Assembly (NCBI GenBank): GCA_029945725.1
Contig: JAQSDB010000008.1
Span: 446,710 to 510,709, forward strand
Direction: 5' to 3'
Length of the DNA: 64,000 nucleotides
DNA from: a bacterium
GTDB lineage: Bacteria > Pseudomonadota > Gammaproteobacteria > Pseudomonadales > Moraxellaceae
Part shown: positions 9,501 through 19,400 of the stretch, in pieces
Layout of the letters: the number at the start of each line of letters is the position of its first letter
Position numbering within the stretch: position 1 is the first letter of the stretch
Made by a program: the position numbers and the translations under genes
Notes under the pieces: model-generated
What the model was told of the DNA's origin: nothing
Databases searched by the model: none
Seen by the model: the letters and a program-made list of their open reading frames with translations, nothing else

Positions 9501-10516
9501 AGTCGATCACCATTGGCATTCTTGGCCCGAATAGAGCCCTGCATACGAACACCGGGAAATTCGCTGTCAGGAGCCTGATGCGGAATCGCGCCTTCAGACA
9601 GCGGCAGTACGATCTTGCCGCCACAAGGAATGCGCTGCCAAACCTTAGCCTTGGTCTGCACCTCCTCCCCAGTTTCCTTATTCTTGCGGATGCGAAATAT
9701 CTCGTGCTCGTCACTGCGCTCATATCGGCCCCAGCGAGCTTCGACCTCAATACGGTCAGCGTCACCATCCACGCAAAAGGTCATGCCGAGACTGCTCGGC
9801 ACCAACGACTGGTTGCTGGCAGCATCAATCTCGTCGGACGAATCCGACTCTGGCTCCACACGCCCTGTGGCCGTTCCAAACTCTGCACCCGGCTCGTGCC
9901 GTCCGGGAGCTTTGGCATCAGTTGGCTCCTCTGCGTCGTCATTGGCCAGTGGCCCGTCCAACCCCTCAATGCCGCCGTGTGCGGACTCACGCGGGGCCAG
10001 TTTGCCAACCAGGTAGCGGTCGCGAACACCCATATCGACAATGAGCTCATGGGGGCCGCAAGCAGGGCCAAGCAGGTCGTCCATCACGGCCAGCTGCAGC
10101 AGTTCACGAATATAGGCCTGATCCTCAATGGTCGGCACTTCAGCGATGGTCTTGTGCAACGCCTTGGGAAGCGACTCAAGGAAATCCATCCATTGCAGAC
10201 GGCCGACGTTGCCAGAGGATGGCGGCGTGAGCGATGTAAGACCAATCGAAATCGTCGGCTCAACCAACAACATGCGACCAAAGTAAATAGTGGTGGCTTC
10301 CAAATCAGAACGAAGCCGCAGTACCCGCCCGACCCGCGTGATGTGGCCAGTAGTGTTTAGGATCAACACCCAGTCGTCATCGGCGATGGCTTGGTACAGC
10401 GAGCGCTCGCCCCTCAGCCGCAATGTGTACGGTGCTAGCGTGAGATCGGCAGCAAGGCAATGATCAATGGCAATCCATGCATTGGGTGCTTTGCTAGGTT
10501 TGTTGTTGTCTGTCAT
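6509..10516 (-). CDS. drmA: DISARM DrmA, large DExH helicase
   Basis: Motif I FPTGGGKTEAYLG, motif II IIQDEFHLISG, helicase-C region (VLATNMLSVGVDV, QATSRVGR). GGGGAG RBS in the 12-nt gap after the KAP gene. Positioned directly upstream of the DUF1998 gene. Confidence 0.85.
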   Translation of the reverse strand: MTDNNKPSKAPNAWIAIDHCLAADLTLAPYTLRLRGERSLYQAIADDDWVLILNTTGHITRVGRVLRLRSDLEATTIYFGRMLLVEPTISIGLTSLTPPSSGNVGRLQWMDFLESLPKALHKTIAEVPTIEDQAYIRELLQLAVMDDLLGPACGPHELIVDMGVRDRYLVGKLAPRESAHGGIEGLDGPLANDDAEEPTDAKAPGRHEPGAEFGTATGRVEPESDSSDEIDAASNQSLVPSSLGMTFCVDGDADRIEVEARWGRYERSDEHEIFRIRKNKETGEEVQTKAKVWQRIPCGGKIVLPLSEGAIPHQAPDSEFPGVRMQGSIRAKNANGDRLVTLFLVNAQEEPKTNRDEAWVFQPELIVRSETGASKRAIFRRRPVLDADGMDPEREALEMIYRNRVEFAVGHGVAVHAETADDVTLATEVRTTVMPQYEVQVTETPGLDPSDRPAMREMVSSGLLDMQRLATLEIDPLVEALSMLTQDYDTWINEQRARVGDEVTGYEAQSQQAMDRCQEIHTRLRQGIDTLKSNEKALAAFRFANQAMATQRVRSQYALAMRRGEDVTIDKFDVLKNRSWRPFQLAFLLLSIPSLADPSHPDRVEPVEAYADLLWFPTGGGKTEAYLGVAAFTMAIRRMQGNLGGYDSSRGLAVIMRYTLRLLTLQQFQRATALICAMEMLRREAVEKGDKSLGTEPFTIGLWVGNKVTPGTTEDSHRAIEDVRNPGKYNAGAASPAQLTSCPWCGSEVAPGRDVEVDKVSGRTFVYCGDKKGRCDFSKGKSSKQPHPGIPVLVVDEEIYHRPPTMMIATVDKFAMMAWRGQVRTLFGRVGQECERHGLLWHGADCNGNHQAGKGLPSSKVKTINPIRPPDLIIQDEFHLISGPLGTMVGLYETAVDELCGWTLNGKTVKPKIIASTATVRKAKEQVNNVFMRRVSVFPPHGLDVEDNFFSVQRPIEDKPGRRYLGVCSPGSSRPAMLIRVYTAFLTAAQELFDHFGEPADPYMTMVGYFNSLRELGGMKRLAEDDVQTRSYRVQMSMVERPALAQRSISNIRELTSRVSSQDIPKYLDNLEVKFKSEFDTATGKYVTRWQEGDTRAIDVVLATNMLSVGVDVNRLGLMAVNGQPKGTAEYIQATSRVGRSFPGLVCTVLTWARPRDLSHYETFEHYHATFYKHVEAQSVTPFSPRAMDRGLTGAMLSLMRLENDVFSPNEGAGQLNKSDQAEITDAIDVLVKRAWGVSDLSSTKNLADQELKERADEWAKEVSKGGRILAYEKRGPNKDTTVALIKSPGIQAWDNWTVPMSMREVEPGVRLIMNTSHITDDHEWRPRPVTKDED

Positions 10517-10528
10517 ATGTGCTCCCCA

Positions 10529-12670
10529 TCAATCATCAAATGCACCAACGCCTTCAGGATTCTTCCCTGCCTTGAGCATCTCGAACTCTTTCAGAAACTG
10601 ATCGACAGACTCGCGTGCTGTCTCCGGAACAGAGCCCGCCTGCTGCAGGGCCGTCAAGCGCTGTGCGCAGGCTGAAGTGTCGATGTACCGCTCCAGCCAA
10701 GTTGGATTCAAACGTGGATGAAGGCGAACGGCCCAATCACCCATAGTCTGGGAGCGCGTGTGCGAGCAAAACTTCGTCAACAATGTCAGCAGACCATCGC
10801 TTGTAGAAGTGGCTGCTTCACACCATGTCTTTGCTTCGACTTGGTCACCCCAGAGGCACCATGCGGCCAATAAACGAGCAAGCTGCGAATGCGCCAGCAA
10901 TTCGCTCTGACTGAGCTTGGTTTTCAAGCCGTTAAGCCAGCAGGCTTTCAGGTCATCAAGTGTGGCTGTGCCAACGAGCGCCTCTTCGCCACTCTCGGCC
11001 CCCTTTTTAACCTCGTCGGACAGTGCTGCAATCAAATAGCGCTGGACTCCTATTGAGCGGCCTTGGTCTATCGCAGGCTTGAGCAGGTCATGCCGCTGCG
11101 TTCGGTCGACTCGTTTCAGAAGGTGATACACCACGCGTGTGACGCGTGATTCGTTGCCAAAATCGAAGGAGCCACGCTCATCGCTGTCGAGCACAAGCGA
11201 ATCGCCGATATCAAAGAGCACACCGATAAACACCGGGATGTGCACATCGGGAATGTCCTCTTCAACGTGATCCATCAGCCGCTCAAGGAGTGCCCGTGCT
11301 TTTGACAGGCCATCAGGGCGTTTCAAGCTCGTGGCTTGAACCAGCGCGTCGCCCAACGCGGCAGGCGTTTCTGCCAAGCTCAAAAGCGTCAGCATTTCGC
11401 TGCGGCGGACAGCGCCAGGAGGAACAGCCATGCGAAAATAAGTGGGGAACACGTCGGGGTGGCAAGCGCGCAGACTCCTCCGCCATTGCGCCAACCAGTC
11501 GGCCCCGTAACCCATTTGGCCAATTTTCGGGAAAATGCGCTCCAGCAGGTCTCTCGTGCTGGACCGCAGCTGCTCTGGCAGTGTTTGCGCCCATTGCTCA
11601 TGGAAGGCTGCTCTAGCGTTTTGATCGCCGTCATACCGGTTATCGCGGCTGTGACCTGAAAACCTATCTTGGTTTGTGCGGATGACGTCGTACAGGCCGG
11701 GTAGGAAAACGCGAAGCGCTTCAAGCGCAATGAAATCCACCGGATTGACCTCCCCACGCACCGCCGGATAGGTCACTGACAATGTGTTGGTGAAACGAAC
11801 GACATCACGCGGCACCTGGATCAGCGGGTCAATCCCATCGTGGAAGGCATTCGTCCAATAGGACTGATCGAACAGGCCATCCGGTGTGTCACCAAGAATT
11901 TCATCAAGACGCTTGAACAAGGCGGCCCGCAATGCCACTCGATCGACTGGTGGCAGTTCGAATGGCACCTGAATGATCTTCTCCAGATAGCGCGCGCCCG
12001 GCATACCGCTCTGTTGCTCGATGGCCTGTGCGGCGACTTCACGATCGAAGGCGAGTAGGTAGACGACGTTGGGAAAGTCGGCCAACGCCTTGATGACAGT
12101 GAAAAGCTGGCGGGTCTCTTCAGGCGTGAGGCGGTCGATATCATCAATGACGACAAGGATTCGCTTTTCAGCCTCTCGCAGTATCTTGCTGATTTCAGAC
12201 TTGAGCGCAGGAATGTCTTTGGGTTTGCGCTTGGTCACCAACCCAATCAGCTTGCCGATCTTGCTACCTGCACCGCCGGTCATGCCACTCAGGTCGATCA
12301 GTCCACCAACGCCTTCGGAAAAATCGCCAAGCAGGTCGCCCAGTTTTTTGAACTTCTCATTCTTGGTGGGCAGCACGGCCTGCAACTGGCCAAGAAAAGC
12401 ACGGGCGAGGTTTTCCTGGCCGGAGAACCACCACGGATTGAAAGTCACGATGACAGGCTGTTCAGCTTCCGGGCGCTGTTCCAGGAAGTGCCGCACATAG
12501 TTCAGAACCGTGGACTTTCCCGAGCCCCACGGTCCATAGAGCGCCAGCACCAAGCCATCATTACCCGGGTAGCGACAAATGCTATTGGCAAGGCTTTCAG
12601 CGAACGGAGCGTGTCCGAACAGGTCATCCTGCGGGTTTGAGCTGGGGCGATCGGCGGAGAGAGCAGTCAT
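10529..12670 (-). CDS. KAP-family P-loop NTPase
   Basis: Walker A GPWGSGKST, Walker B LVVIDDIDR, KAP-like length and layout. Its ATG shares 1 nt with the drmMI stop (TAATG). Confidence 0.9.
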   Translation of the reverse strand: MTALSADRPSSNPQDDLFGHAPFAESLANSICRYPGNDGLVLALYGPWGSGKSTVLNYVRHFLEQRPEAEQPVIVTFNPWWFSGQENLARAFLGQLQAVLPTKNEKFKKLGDLLGDFSEGVGGLIDLSGMTGGAGSKIGKLIGLVTKRKPKDIPALKSEISKILREAEKRILVVIDDIDRLTPEETRQLFTVIKALADFPNVVYLLAFDREVAAQAIEQQSGMPGARYLEKIIQVPFELPPVDRVALRAALFKRLDEILGDTPDGLFDQSYWTNAFHDGIDPLIQVPRDVVRFTNTLSVTYPAVRGEVNPVDFIALEALRVFLPGLYDVIRTNQDRFSGHSRDNRYDGDQNARAAFHEQWAQTLPEQLRSSTRDLLERIFPKIGQMGYGADWLAQWRRSLRACHPDVFPTYFRMAVPPGAVRRSEMLTLLSLAETPAALGDALVQATSLKRPDGLSKARALLERLMDHVEEDIPDVHIPVFIGVLFDIGDSLVLDSDERGSFDFGNESRVTRVVYHLLKRVDRTQRHDLLKPAIDQGRSIGVQRYLIAALSDEVKKGAESGEEALVGTATLDDLKACWLNGLKTKLSQSELLAHSQLARLLAAWCLWGDQVEAKTWCEAATSTSDGLLTLLTKFCSHTRSQTMGDWAVRLHPRLNPTWLERYIDTSACAQRLTALQQAGSVPETARESVDQFLKEFEMLKAGKNPEGVGAFDD

Positions 12671-15600
12671 TACATCCCCTCGTGATGGACGTCTCGGAGC
12701 ATGGACTGAGGGATCGCCGCTTCACTTTCGACAAAGCCCTTGATTACTTCATTTTCAAGCCGAGCTAATAACTTTGCCTTGTCATCTTGGTCATGGGTAT
12801 TGATGAGACTTTCAGCAAGACCTGCAATGCATTCTTTCTGGCCCGGATCGAATGAAGAAGGTATCGGTAGTTGTTCCAGAAAATTCTTCTTGACCTGAGA
12901 AAACACCTTTCCAGACTGCATCGTCATACTCCGATAGATCTCGGTCATCTTGGGGTGGTTTAGAACAGCACAGAGGAAGTGTGCGGATACCCCAACCTTG
13001 GGGATGATGCAAAGAAGAGATTTTTGATGAAAGAAACGGTCACTATCTACGGTGGCGATGATTTGATCGCCTGTTTGCCTGACAAGAATCTTAGGAGACA
13101 CGACATAAGCCTTCTCGTTGACCTTGAGACGACTTTTTGAATCAATTGCGATGTGTTCCTGCTGGATGTCTCTCCAGTTGTTGCGAAGCCATATTCCCTC
13201 AAAATTCAGCGAGTATTTTCCGACATTCCTACCTCGCAGGACCTTGTAGTCGGACGGATTTTCCGCAGCCTGACCTGCATAGAAGACGGCATTTCCCAAA
13301 GCCGCCCTCGAATAATCAATTCCACTGTCAAAAACGTCGGCCAACTCGACCAGCGGCACTGACGCGCCGCTGCTGATGTGCTTCACATTGGCGCCGTGAC
13401 TAAGGACGAAGTTTTTTCGGCCTTTTATTTCCTGGATTGTTTTGAAAGCCCAATCGCTATCTTGCCGTGTTGCTTCTGGCTTGCAGTACCCTTCAAAGGT
13501 ACCAAGGACTATAGGATGTTCTTCGGCAGCAGCGTGCTTATTGATGACTCCGAAGCAGCAGGACTGTGTGACGCCATGGAACATTCCGTCTCCACAGTCG
13601 ATGAACATGATTGGTGAGCGGCTCAACAAAAGCGCTCTGTTATCTCTGCACCCAATATGTTCGAGCAGGCTTGACGGAACGAGAAACGAGTACGTGTTCG
13701 CTGCATTAGCAGTGATTTGATCCATTCTCTCAATGAAAAACTTGAACGAATTGATCAGCTTGTAAGCGGAGTTCGGATATGTTTTCTTCAGATGTTGAGT
13801 GTCTGCTTCCGACAGCGATGCGCCCCATGGAGGATTTCCAAGAGTCGCATCAAACCCCGGAGCAGACGAATAGAAGACTTCTGGAAATTCAAGTGGCCAG
13901 TGAAATGGCCGTCGTGCCGGTCTTCCGAAAGGAAGATCGGCTGAAAGATTGACGGCGGCTCTTCGGCGCATTGACGAGAGTGAATCCAAGGCACCATCAA
14001 CGGCTTGCTCAGCTTGTGCGCTCAACGAAGCAAGTGCGCTTTCGAGTTTCACGCCATTGCCGCCCAATGCGAACACCTCACCAATGAACGCATCGGCGAT
14101 GCATTCTGGCACTTCGAGCATGCGGCGCGCATCGGCGTCCAGATGTGCCATGGTTTCCACGTCGCGAATGTCGCGGATAGGTATCGTGCGAAGACGTGAA
14201 CGCAGTTCAATCGCTTCAAGCACAGATTTTTTAACGTTCTGACCAAACAGACGTAACTGGCCCTGGCGGGCAGGCGTCATTGAAAGTTCGGTGAGTTGAT
14301 CTAGCCGATGGATGCCGAGCAAGCTGTCACCGCAGCGCAGATTGTGGTCGAGGAAGCCAAAGGGGCGACCCTTGGCCAGCGTCACCAACCAGATTGAGAG
14401 CTTAGCGAGCTCAACTGCCAGCGGATTTAGATCGACGCCGTACAAGCAACGCTCAGCGATGAGGCGGCGCGCGATCACCGTTCGCTCCTCACTATCTTGA
14501 GGCAGAGGCTCCTTGACCACTCCAGCTTCCAGAACTTCACCATCCACACTCACGGTTTTGCCCAAGACCTCAACTTGTGACCATGACTCAACGAGGCGAT
14601 CGGATAGCCAGCGGCAGGCCTGCACCAGGAATGCGCCCGAGCCCATGGCCGGGTCGCAGATCTTGAGGTCGAGCAGTTCAGCAGGGGATTTCAGTGCCCA
14701 TTGATCGCGCGGCGTACCCTCTGCCGGGCCGACATAGGCCACTGGCGTGAGAGTCTCGGCGACGATTGCTTCGGTCAGGGATTTCGGGGTGTAGTGGGTG
14801 CCGGTTTCGCGACGGTCGGAACCGGTGGTGACAATGAAGGCACCTGCGGGATAGACCAGTGGATAGCCCCAAGGGTCGGTGCGCAGCAGATGGGCATAGG
14901 GTTTGACGCGGTCGCGGAGCTTGGTGTCGCCCTGGCAAGCGGTCAACAGGCGGTCGGCCAAGGTGTCGTCGACGGGCTTGACTAGATCATTGCGCACCCG
15001 GCTGGCCGAACTGCCAGAGCGTTCTTGCAGCAACTCGGCCAGTCGCGTTGCACCATCCAAGCTAGCCGAATCCAGTTCGGCCAATTTGACCCATGGCATC
15101 TTGGCGCTCTTGGTGGCATCCAGTTCCAGCGTGACTTCATCGGTGCGCTTGACGGTGCGCTCCAGCAAGCCCTCGTAGACGTAGCCGATCTGTTCGACAT
15201 CCAGCGCGCGATAAGACAGCGTGCGCCCTTGGAATTGCTGGATGGCTTCCAGCAACAGCAACACGGTGCGGTTGTCGATAGGCAGCGGCTTGGCTGCATC
15301 GCTGTGCCAGTTCGAGCCTTTGGCCCGGCCCTCGAGGAAGGGGAAGCGGTCGGGATCAAACAGCGAGCCGCCCAAGGCGGGCAGGCGCAGGTTTTCGTGC
15401 TCAATGCCGCCGAACACCGCGCGGAAAATTGCCAGTAGGCGCGACCAGGCATCCCAGCGGCGCTCCAGAATTTCCTCGGATTCCTTGCGCAACTGCATGC
15501 GCAAAGTGGAGAGCGCGTAGTTGGCTTCGTAACGCTCGTCGCCCATCAGCAGCAGGCCACGCTCCTCGGCGGAGAGCAGGAACACCAGGCGCATCATCAC

Positions 15601-16449
15601 CGTCAGCGCGGCTTCATACAGCTCTGGTGCTTTGACGTCGTGCAGGAGTTCTCGATTGCGGTCCTGATCGGCTTTGTCGAGTGTTTGAATCAATACCTCG
15701 ACGGCGCGGCGTACTTGCTCGCCAAGGGCGTCGGTGACTTCGTCTTGGAATTTCAGGGAACGATCGAACAGCGCGGGCAGTTGTTCAGTTTCGTCGACAA
15801 AGAAACGGCGAATGCCGAGCAGATGCACGAAGGCCTGCAGGGTGATGGGCTCTTGGCTCCAAATGCGGGCATACCAACTGGCGAAGGTGGTGACGGCACC
15901 CACCGGGGCATCCACCAGCATCCAGCGCTCGCCGTTGGTCACCAGCCCGAGCCGACAACCCAATGAACGGCACAACTGAACCATGCGATCGGCAGGAGTG
16001 GCGGCCCAGCCGTCTTGTTTCAGCGTGGCATCGAGGCCGACATCCTGCGCATAGATTTGGACCAGCAGCAGTGGCTTGTTGGCGCGTTGCTCATCGACTA
16101 CCGCAAGATCGGGCAACAGCGTCACGCCGTGTTCGGGCAAGTTGGCTTTGAGGTTGGCAGCGCACCAGGCGGCGCGCTTGAGAACGTCGCCTTTGCCGTC
16201 TTCATCAAGCTCAAGGCCCCGTGATAGCACTTCGTTGATCCAAGCCACATGCAACTCGGCGAACTGTGCGTCCTCCAACTCCAGCGCTTCGCGCCATTCC
16301 TCGTAGGCTTGGCGCAGACGTTTGCGCTTGGTGGCATCCAGTTCTTCCAGTCCTTGCGGAAAGGCTTCCTTGAGCACGGGAACGGCGAGGAAGGGGCCGG
16401 AAATCTCGATCAGCGACAGCCAATCATCATGCACGCCGGGAGCACTCAT
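12670..16449 (-). CDS. drmMI: DISARM DrmMI, N6-adenine DNA methyltransferase (Eco57I/PglX-like)
   Basis: HYTP-type motif (GTHYTPKSL), motif I DPAMGSGAFL, motif IV NPPWG (nt 13825-13836). Its ATG overlaps the drmD stop (ATGA). Confidence 0.9.
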   Translation of the reverse strand: MSAPGVHDDWLSLIEISGPFLAVPVLKEAFPQGLEELDATKRKRLRQAYEEWREALELEDAQFAELHVAWINEVLSRGLELDEDGKGDVLKRAAWCAANLKANLPEHGVTLLPDLAVVDEQRANKPLLLVQIYAQDVGLDATLKQDGWAATPADRMVQLCRSLGCRLGLVTNGERWMLVDAPVGAVTTFASWYARIWSQEPITLQAFVHLLGIRRFFVDETEQLPALFDRSLKFQDEVTDALGEQVRRAVEVLIQTLDKADQDRNRELLHDVKAPELYEAALTVMMRLVFLLSAEERGLLLMGDERYEANYALSTLRMQLRKESEEILERRWDAWSRLLAIFRAVFGGIEHENLRLPALGGSLFDPDRFPFLEGRAKGSNWHSDAAKPLPIDNRTVLLLLEAIQQFQGRTLSYRALDVEQIGYVYEGLLERTVKRTDEVTLELDATKSAKMPWVKLAELDSASLDGATRLAELLQERSGSSASRVRNDLVKPVDDTLADRLLTACQGDTKLRDRVKPYAHLLRTDPWGYPLVYPAGAFIVTTGSDRRETGTHYTPKSLTEAIVAETLTPVAYVGPAEGTPRDQWALKSPAELLDLKICDPAMGSGAFLVQACRWLSDRLVESWSQVEVLGKTVSVDGEVLEAGVVKEPLPQDSEERTVIARRLIAERCLYGVDLNPLAVELAKLSIWLVTLAKGRPFGFLDHNLRCGDSLLGIHRLDQLTELSMTPARQGQLRLFGQNVKKSVLEAIELRSRLRTIPIRDIRDVETMAHLDADARRMLEVPECIADAFIGEVFALGGNGVKLESALASLSAQAEQAVDGALDSLSSMRRRAAVNLSADLPFGRPARRPFHWPLEFPEVFYSSAPGFDATLGNPPWGASLSEADTQHLKKTYPNSAYKLINSFKFFIERMDQITANAANTYSFLVPSSLLEHIGCRDNRALLLSRSPIMFIDCGDGMFHGVTQSCCFGVINKHAAAEEHPIVLGTFEGYCKPEATRQDSDWAFKTIQEIKGRKNFVLSHGANVKHISSGASVPLVELADVFDSGIDYSRAALGNAVFYAGQAAENPSDYKVLRGRNVGKYSLNFEGIWLRNNWRDIQQEHIAIDSKSRLKVNEKAYVVSPKILVRQTGDQIIATVDSDRFFHQKSLLCIIPKVGVSAHFLCAVLNHPKMTEIYRSMTMQSGKVFSQVKKNFLEQLPIPSSFDPGQKECIAGLAESLINTHDQDDKAKLLARLENEVIKGFVESEAAIPQSMLRDVHHEGM

Positions 16450-19400
16450 GCTGCACCTCCCTGAGCAGCAGATGCAGGCACCAGAAAGATCACGGCGACC
16501 GGGAAGGTGCGGTCGTTGAGTTTGGCGTAACGGGTTTCGATGGCTTCAGCCTCCTGCTGGCGCTCGGCCGGAATGCGGGCAAGACGCGCTTCCAGTGCGG
16601 CGGTGTCGCGCCGCAACTGTGTTCGCTCATCCTCCGAGAACAGAGAGAACTGTTCTGGTTGCTGATCTTTTTTAAGCTCATTTTTAATAGCGTTTTCCAG
16701 CTCATCAAGCACGGCACTAATGTCGTCAACCTCCTGCTGTTTACGAGCCTGAAGGGTGCTTGTCAGGAATCTGAGTCTGTCTTTAGACCTAGCCTCAACT
16801 GACTGCAGGACGGTGCTTTGTGCACGATCGAAACGAACACGAATGGCATCGAATAGCGAATCTGCGGCGGTCAGCGGCTTGGCTTGATCCAGCCATTGCT
16901 GAACCTTGGTGACCCCCTCTTCTCGACGAAAAGATTTATCCCCCAGATAGCCGCCGGCCACCGTCAGTTCCTCATGAAGGCGATGATGATTTCCACCAGT
17001 AACGACCAATCGCGAGACGACAACTACAGCAGGGCCATCCATCAGCGCATCCGGCACCACACGCACTGTGACGCGATGCAACTTCTTCACATCGTCTTGT
17101 GCCCAGACCTCGGCACGCAGCAATCGGAGGCACATCTGTACCAATCGGTGGTTGAGGTGAACCAGCACTACATCGTCGCGCCCGGTGGCGACGGCATGAT
17201 CGAAGGTGATAGGACGAATTTGAAGTGTGTGAGGATGGCGCAGTCCTTCAAGGCAGCGCGCCCATGAGCCCGACAGCGCGGGCATCTTGAATACGGTTCC
17301 CGCCGGAGCATCAGTCAAGTTGAAAGGCTCGAGCGGCGGGCGGCCTGCCAACTCGAGGCCCGTCTTGACCGCCATGAGGATGTGCTCTGGCGTGAGGTGG
17401 AAATCTTTCTGCGTAGCCAGCAACCGCTCGTGCAGCTTGGCAACCCGGTCTTTCAGTTCACGCTCGGCGCGTACGAAGCGTCTAGCCTTGGCGATCTTGG
17501 CTTCAGCTACGCGAGTGTCGAGGTCCTTGAGCGAGCCTTCGATCAGCCCCGACATCTGCGGCGCTATGACCGGGTTGACGCTGCCCATGTCCGCCCGCAT
17601 GGATTCGAGCTTGCGCAGTGCTCGGATGATGTCGTCACCGTGGCCACCAATGGTTGCTTTGCCTTGTTCGCCGCCATCGACGGGGTGCCAGATCAAGACT
17701 TCTTTCTGACGCTGGCCGTGCCGGTCGATACGGCCATTACGCTGCTCCATCACATTGGGGTTGTAAGGGATCTCCAAGTGGATGAGGCAGTTACAGTGGT
17801 TCTGCAAGTCGATACCTTCGGACGCGGCATCAGTTGCCAGCAGGATGCGGACTGCTGAATCCTTGGGCGAAGCCTGGAAGGCCGCTTTGACTTTCTCGCG
17901 CTCATCCTGCGGCATGCCACCATGAAGAATGGCCAGCCGATCGCCACCAAAATCGTGGCTCGCGAGAATCTCGTGCATCCACTGATGGGTTGTTCGAAAT
18001 TCGGTGAACAAGATCACCCGGCGCTCATTCCAATGACCATCCGTCTTTAAATTGTTCGCGAGCCAGTCGAGGATTGCTTTGGCTTTGGCGTCGACCTGAT
18101 TCTTGGCAGTCTGCGCCCACGATCGTAGCTCGTTCAGCATTTGCTGCTGGTCTGCTGTCAGCGGCTGTGCACGGCGCGATGCCTCTTCAACAGCCTCTGA
18201 CTGGGCATTTTCGACTTCATGGTCGTTGGCATAGTCTTCATCTACCCGGAGGATGGCCTTTCGTAAAATCCGGTCAGCCATCACATCCTTGTCTTTGCGT
18301 TGGCTACCGTTAACCAGGCTGGAAACGTGCTTTTCCAAGGTGGATGCAAAGGCGGCAGGAGAAGAAAAGAGCCGCTTCTTCAGCAGTCGGTTGACGAACG
18401 AGGTGCCGAATGCATTTCCCACCCTCTCTGCATCTTGCTCACGACTCGCGCAATAATCATTCAGCTTCTGGTGAATGACCCGCTCTTGTGCGGAATACGA
18501 GGCCAGCAGCGCTTGCAGCTTACGCTGCGCATAGAGTGGCTTTCCTTCCGCATCAATCAGGTCGCTTTTGAGGCGACGAATCATCACCTGACTCAGCTGC
18601 TTTTCATCCGGCAGGATGTTTCGGGCGAAACGCTGATCGTCCAGCAACTCCAGCAGCGAAGTGAAAGATTCGGTGTAGCCGTTGTGTGGGGTGGCCGTGA
18701 GGAACAGCCGATGCTGAAAGTGCGGACTGATTGAGCGAATGAAGCGTGTACGCTGGCTCTCCAGCGCGTAGTTCGCACCAGCAGCGGGGGCGATGTTGTG
18801 TGCTTCGTCGACCACCAGCATGTCGAACTTGCGCGGGTAGCTGGTGTGTGCGGGCAGGACGTCGCGCATGGCGCGCAGTCCTTCGCCGCTTTTGACCCAG
18901 TCCATGGACGCAATCAGGCGTGGATGCGAAGTCCAGGGATTAGCGTGGATGCCGCGATCTCGGCGTAACTGCTTGATGTAGCTCGTATCGACAACTCGGA
19001 AATCAAGACCAAACTTTTCCAGCATCTCCACGCGCCACTTCTCTTGCAGCGATGCTGGGCAAATGATCAGAACAGTTCGAGCTCGATGCCGCAGCAACAT
19101 CTCCTGAATGACGAGACCAGCCTCAATGGTCTTGCCCAAGCCGACGTCGTCAGCGATGAGCAGATTGACGCGAGCCATGTCGATGGCACGCACCAGTGGG
19201 TCGAGCTGAAAATCCTCAATGCTGACACCGCTGCGGAACGGCGCTTGCAGGAATCCCCTATCGGCATTGGTCGCCGCACCCCAACGAACAGCGTCGAGAA
19301 AGGCTTCGAGTGTGTCAGAGTCGTCTTGGCCGGTAATCGAGGGAAGCCCCGCACGCTCAATAATTTGCGCACCGGGCTCAATCTCCCAGATGACCTCAAG

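Noticed and set aside
9578-10360. 260-aa plus-strand ORF inside drmA. Similar long antisense ORFs occur at 7379-7942, 15025-15438, 23323-24228, 37652-38389, 39783-40601, 46251-46946, 58396-59292 and 60931-61686.
   Set aside because: All lie antisense to genes with clear motifs. They are Arg/Pro/Gly/His-rich with no RBS or recognisable domains, which is the typical shadow-ORF pattern in GC-rich coding DNA.
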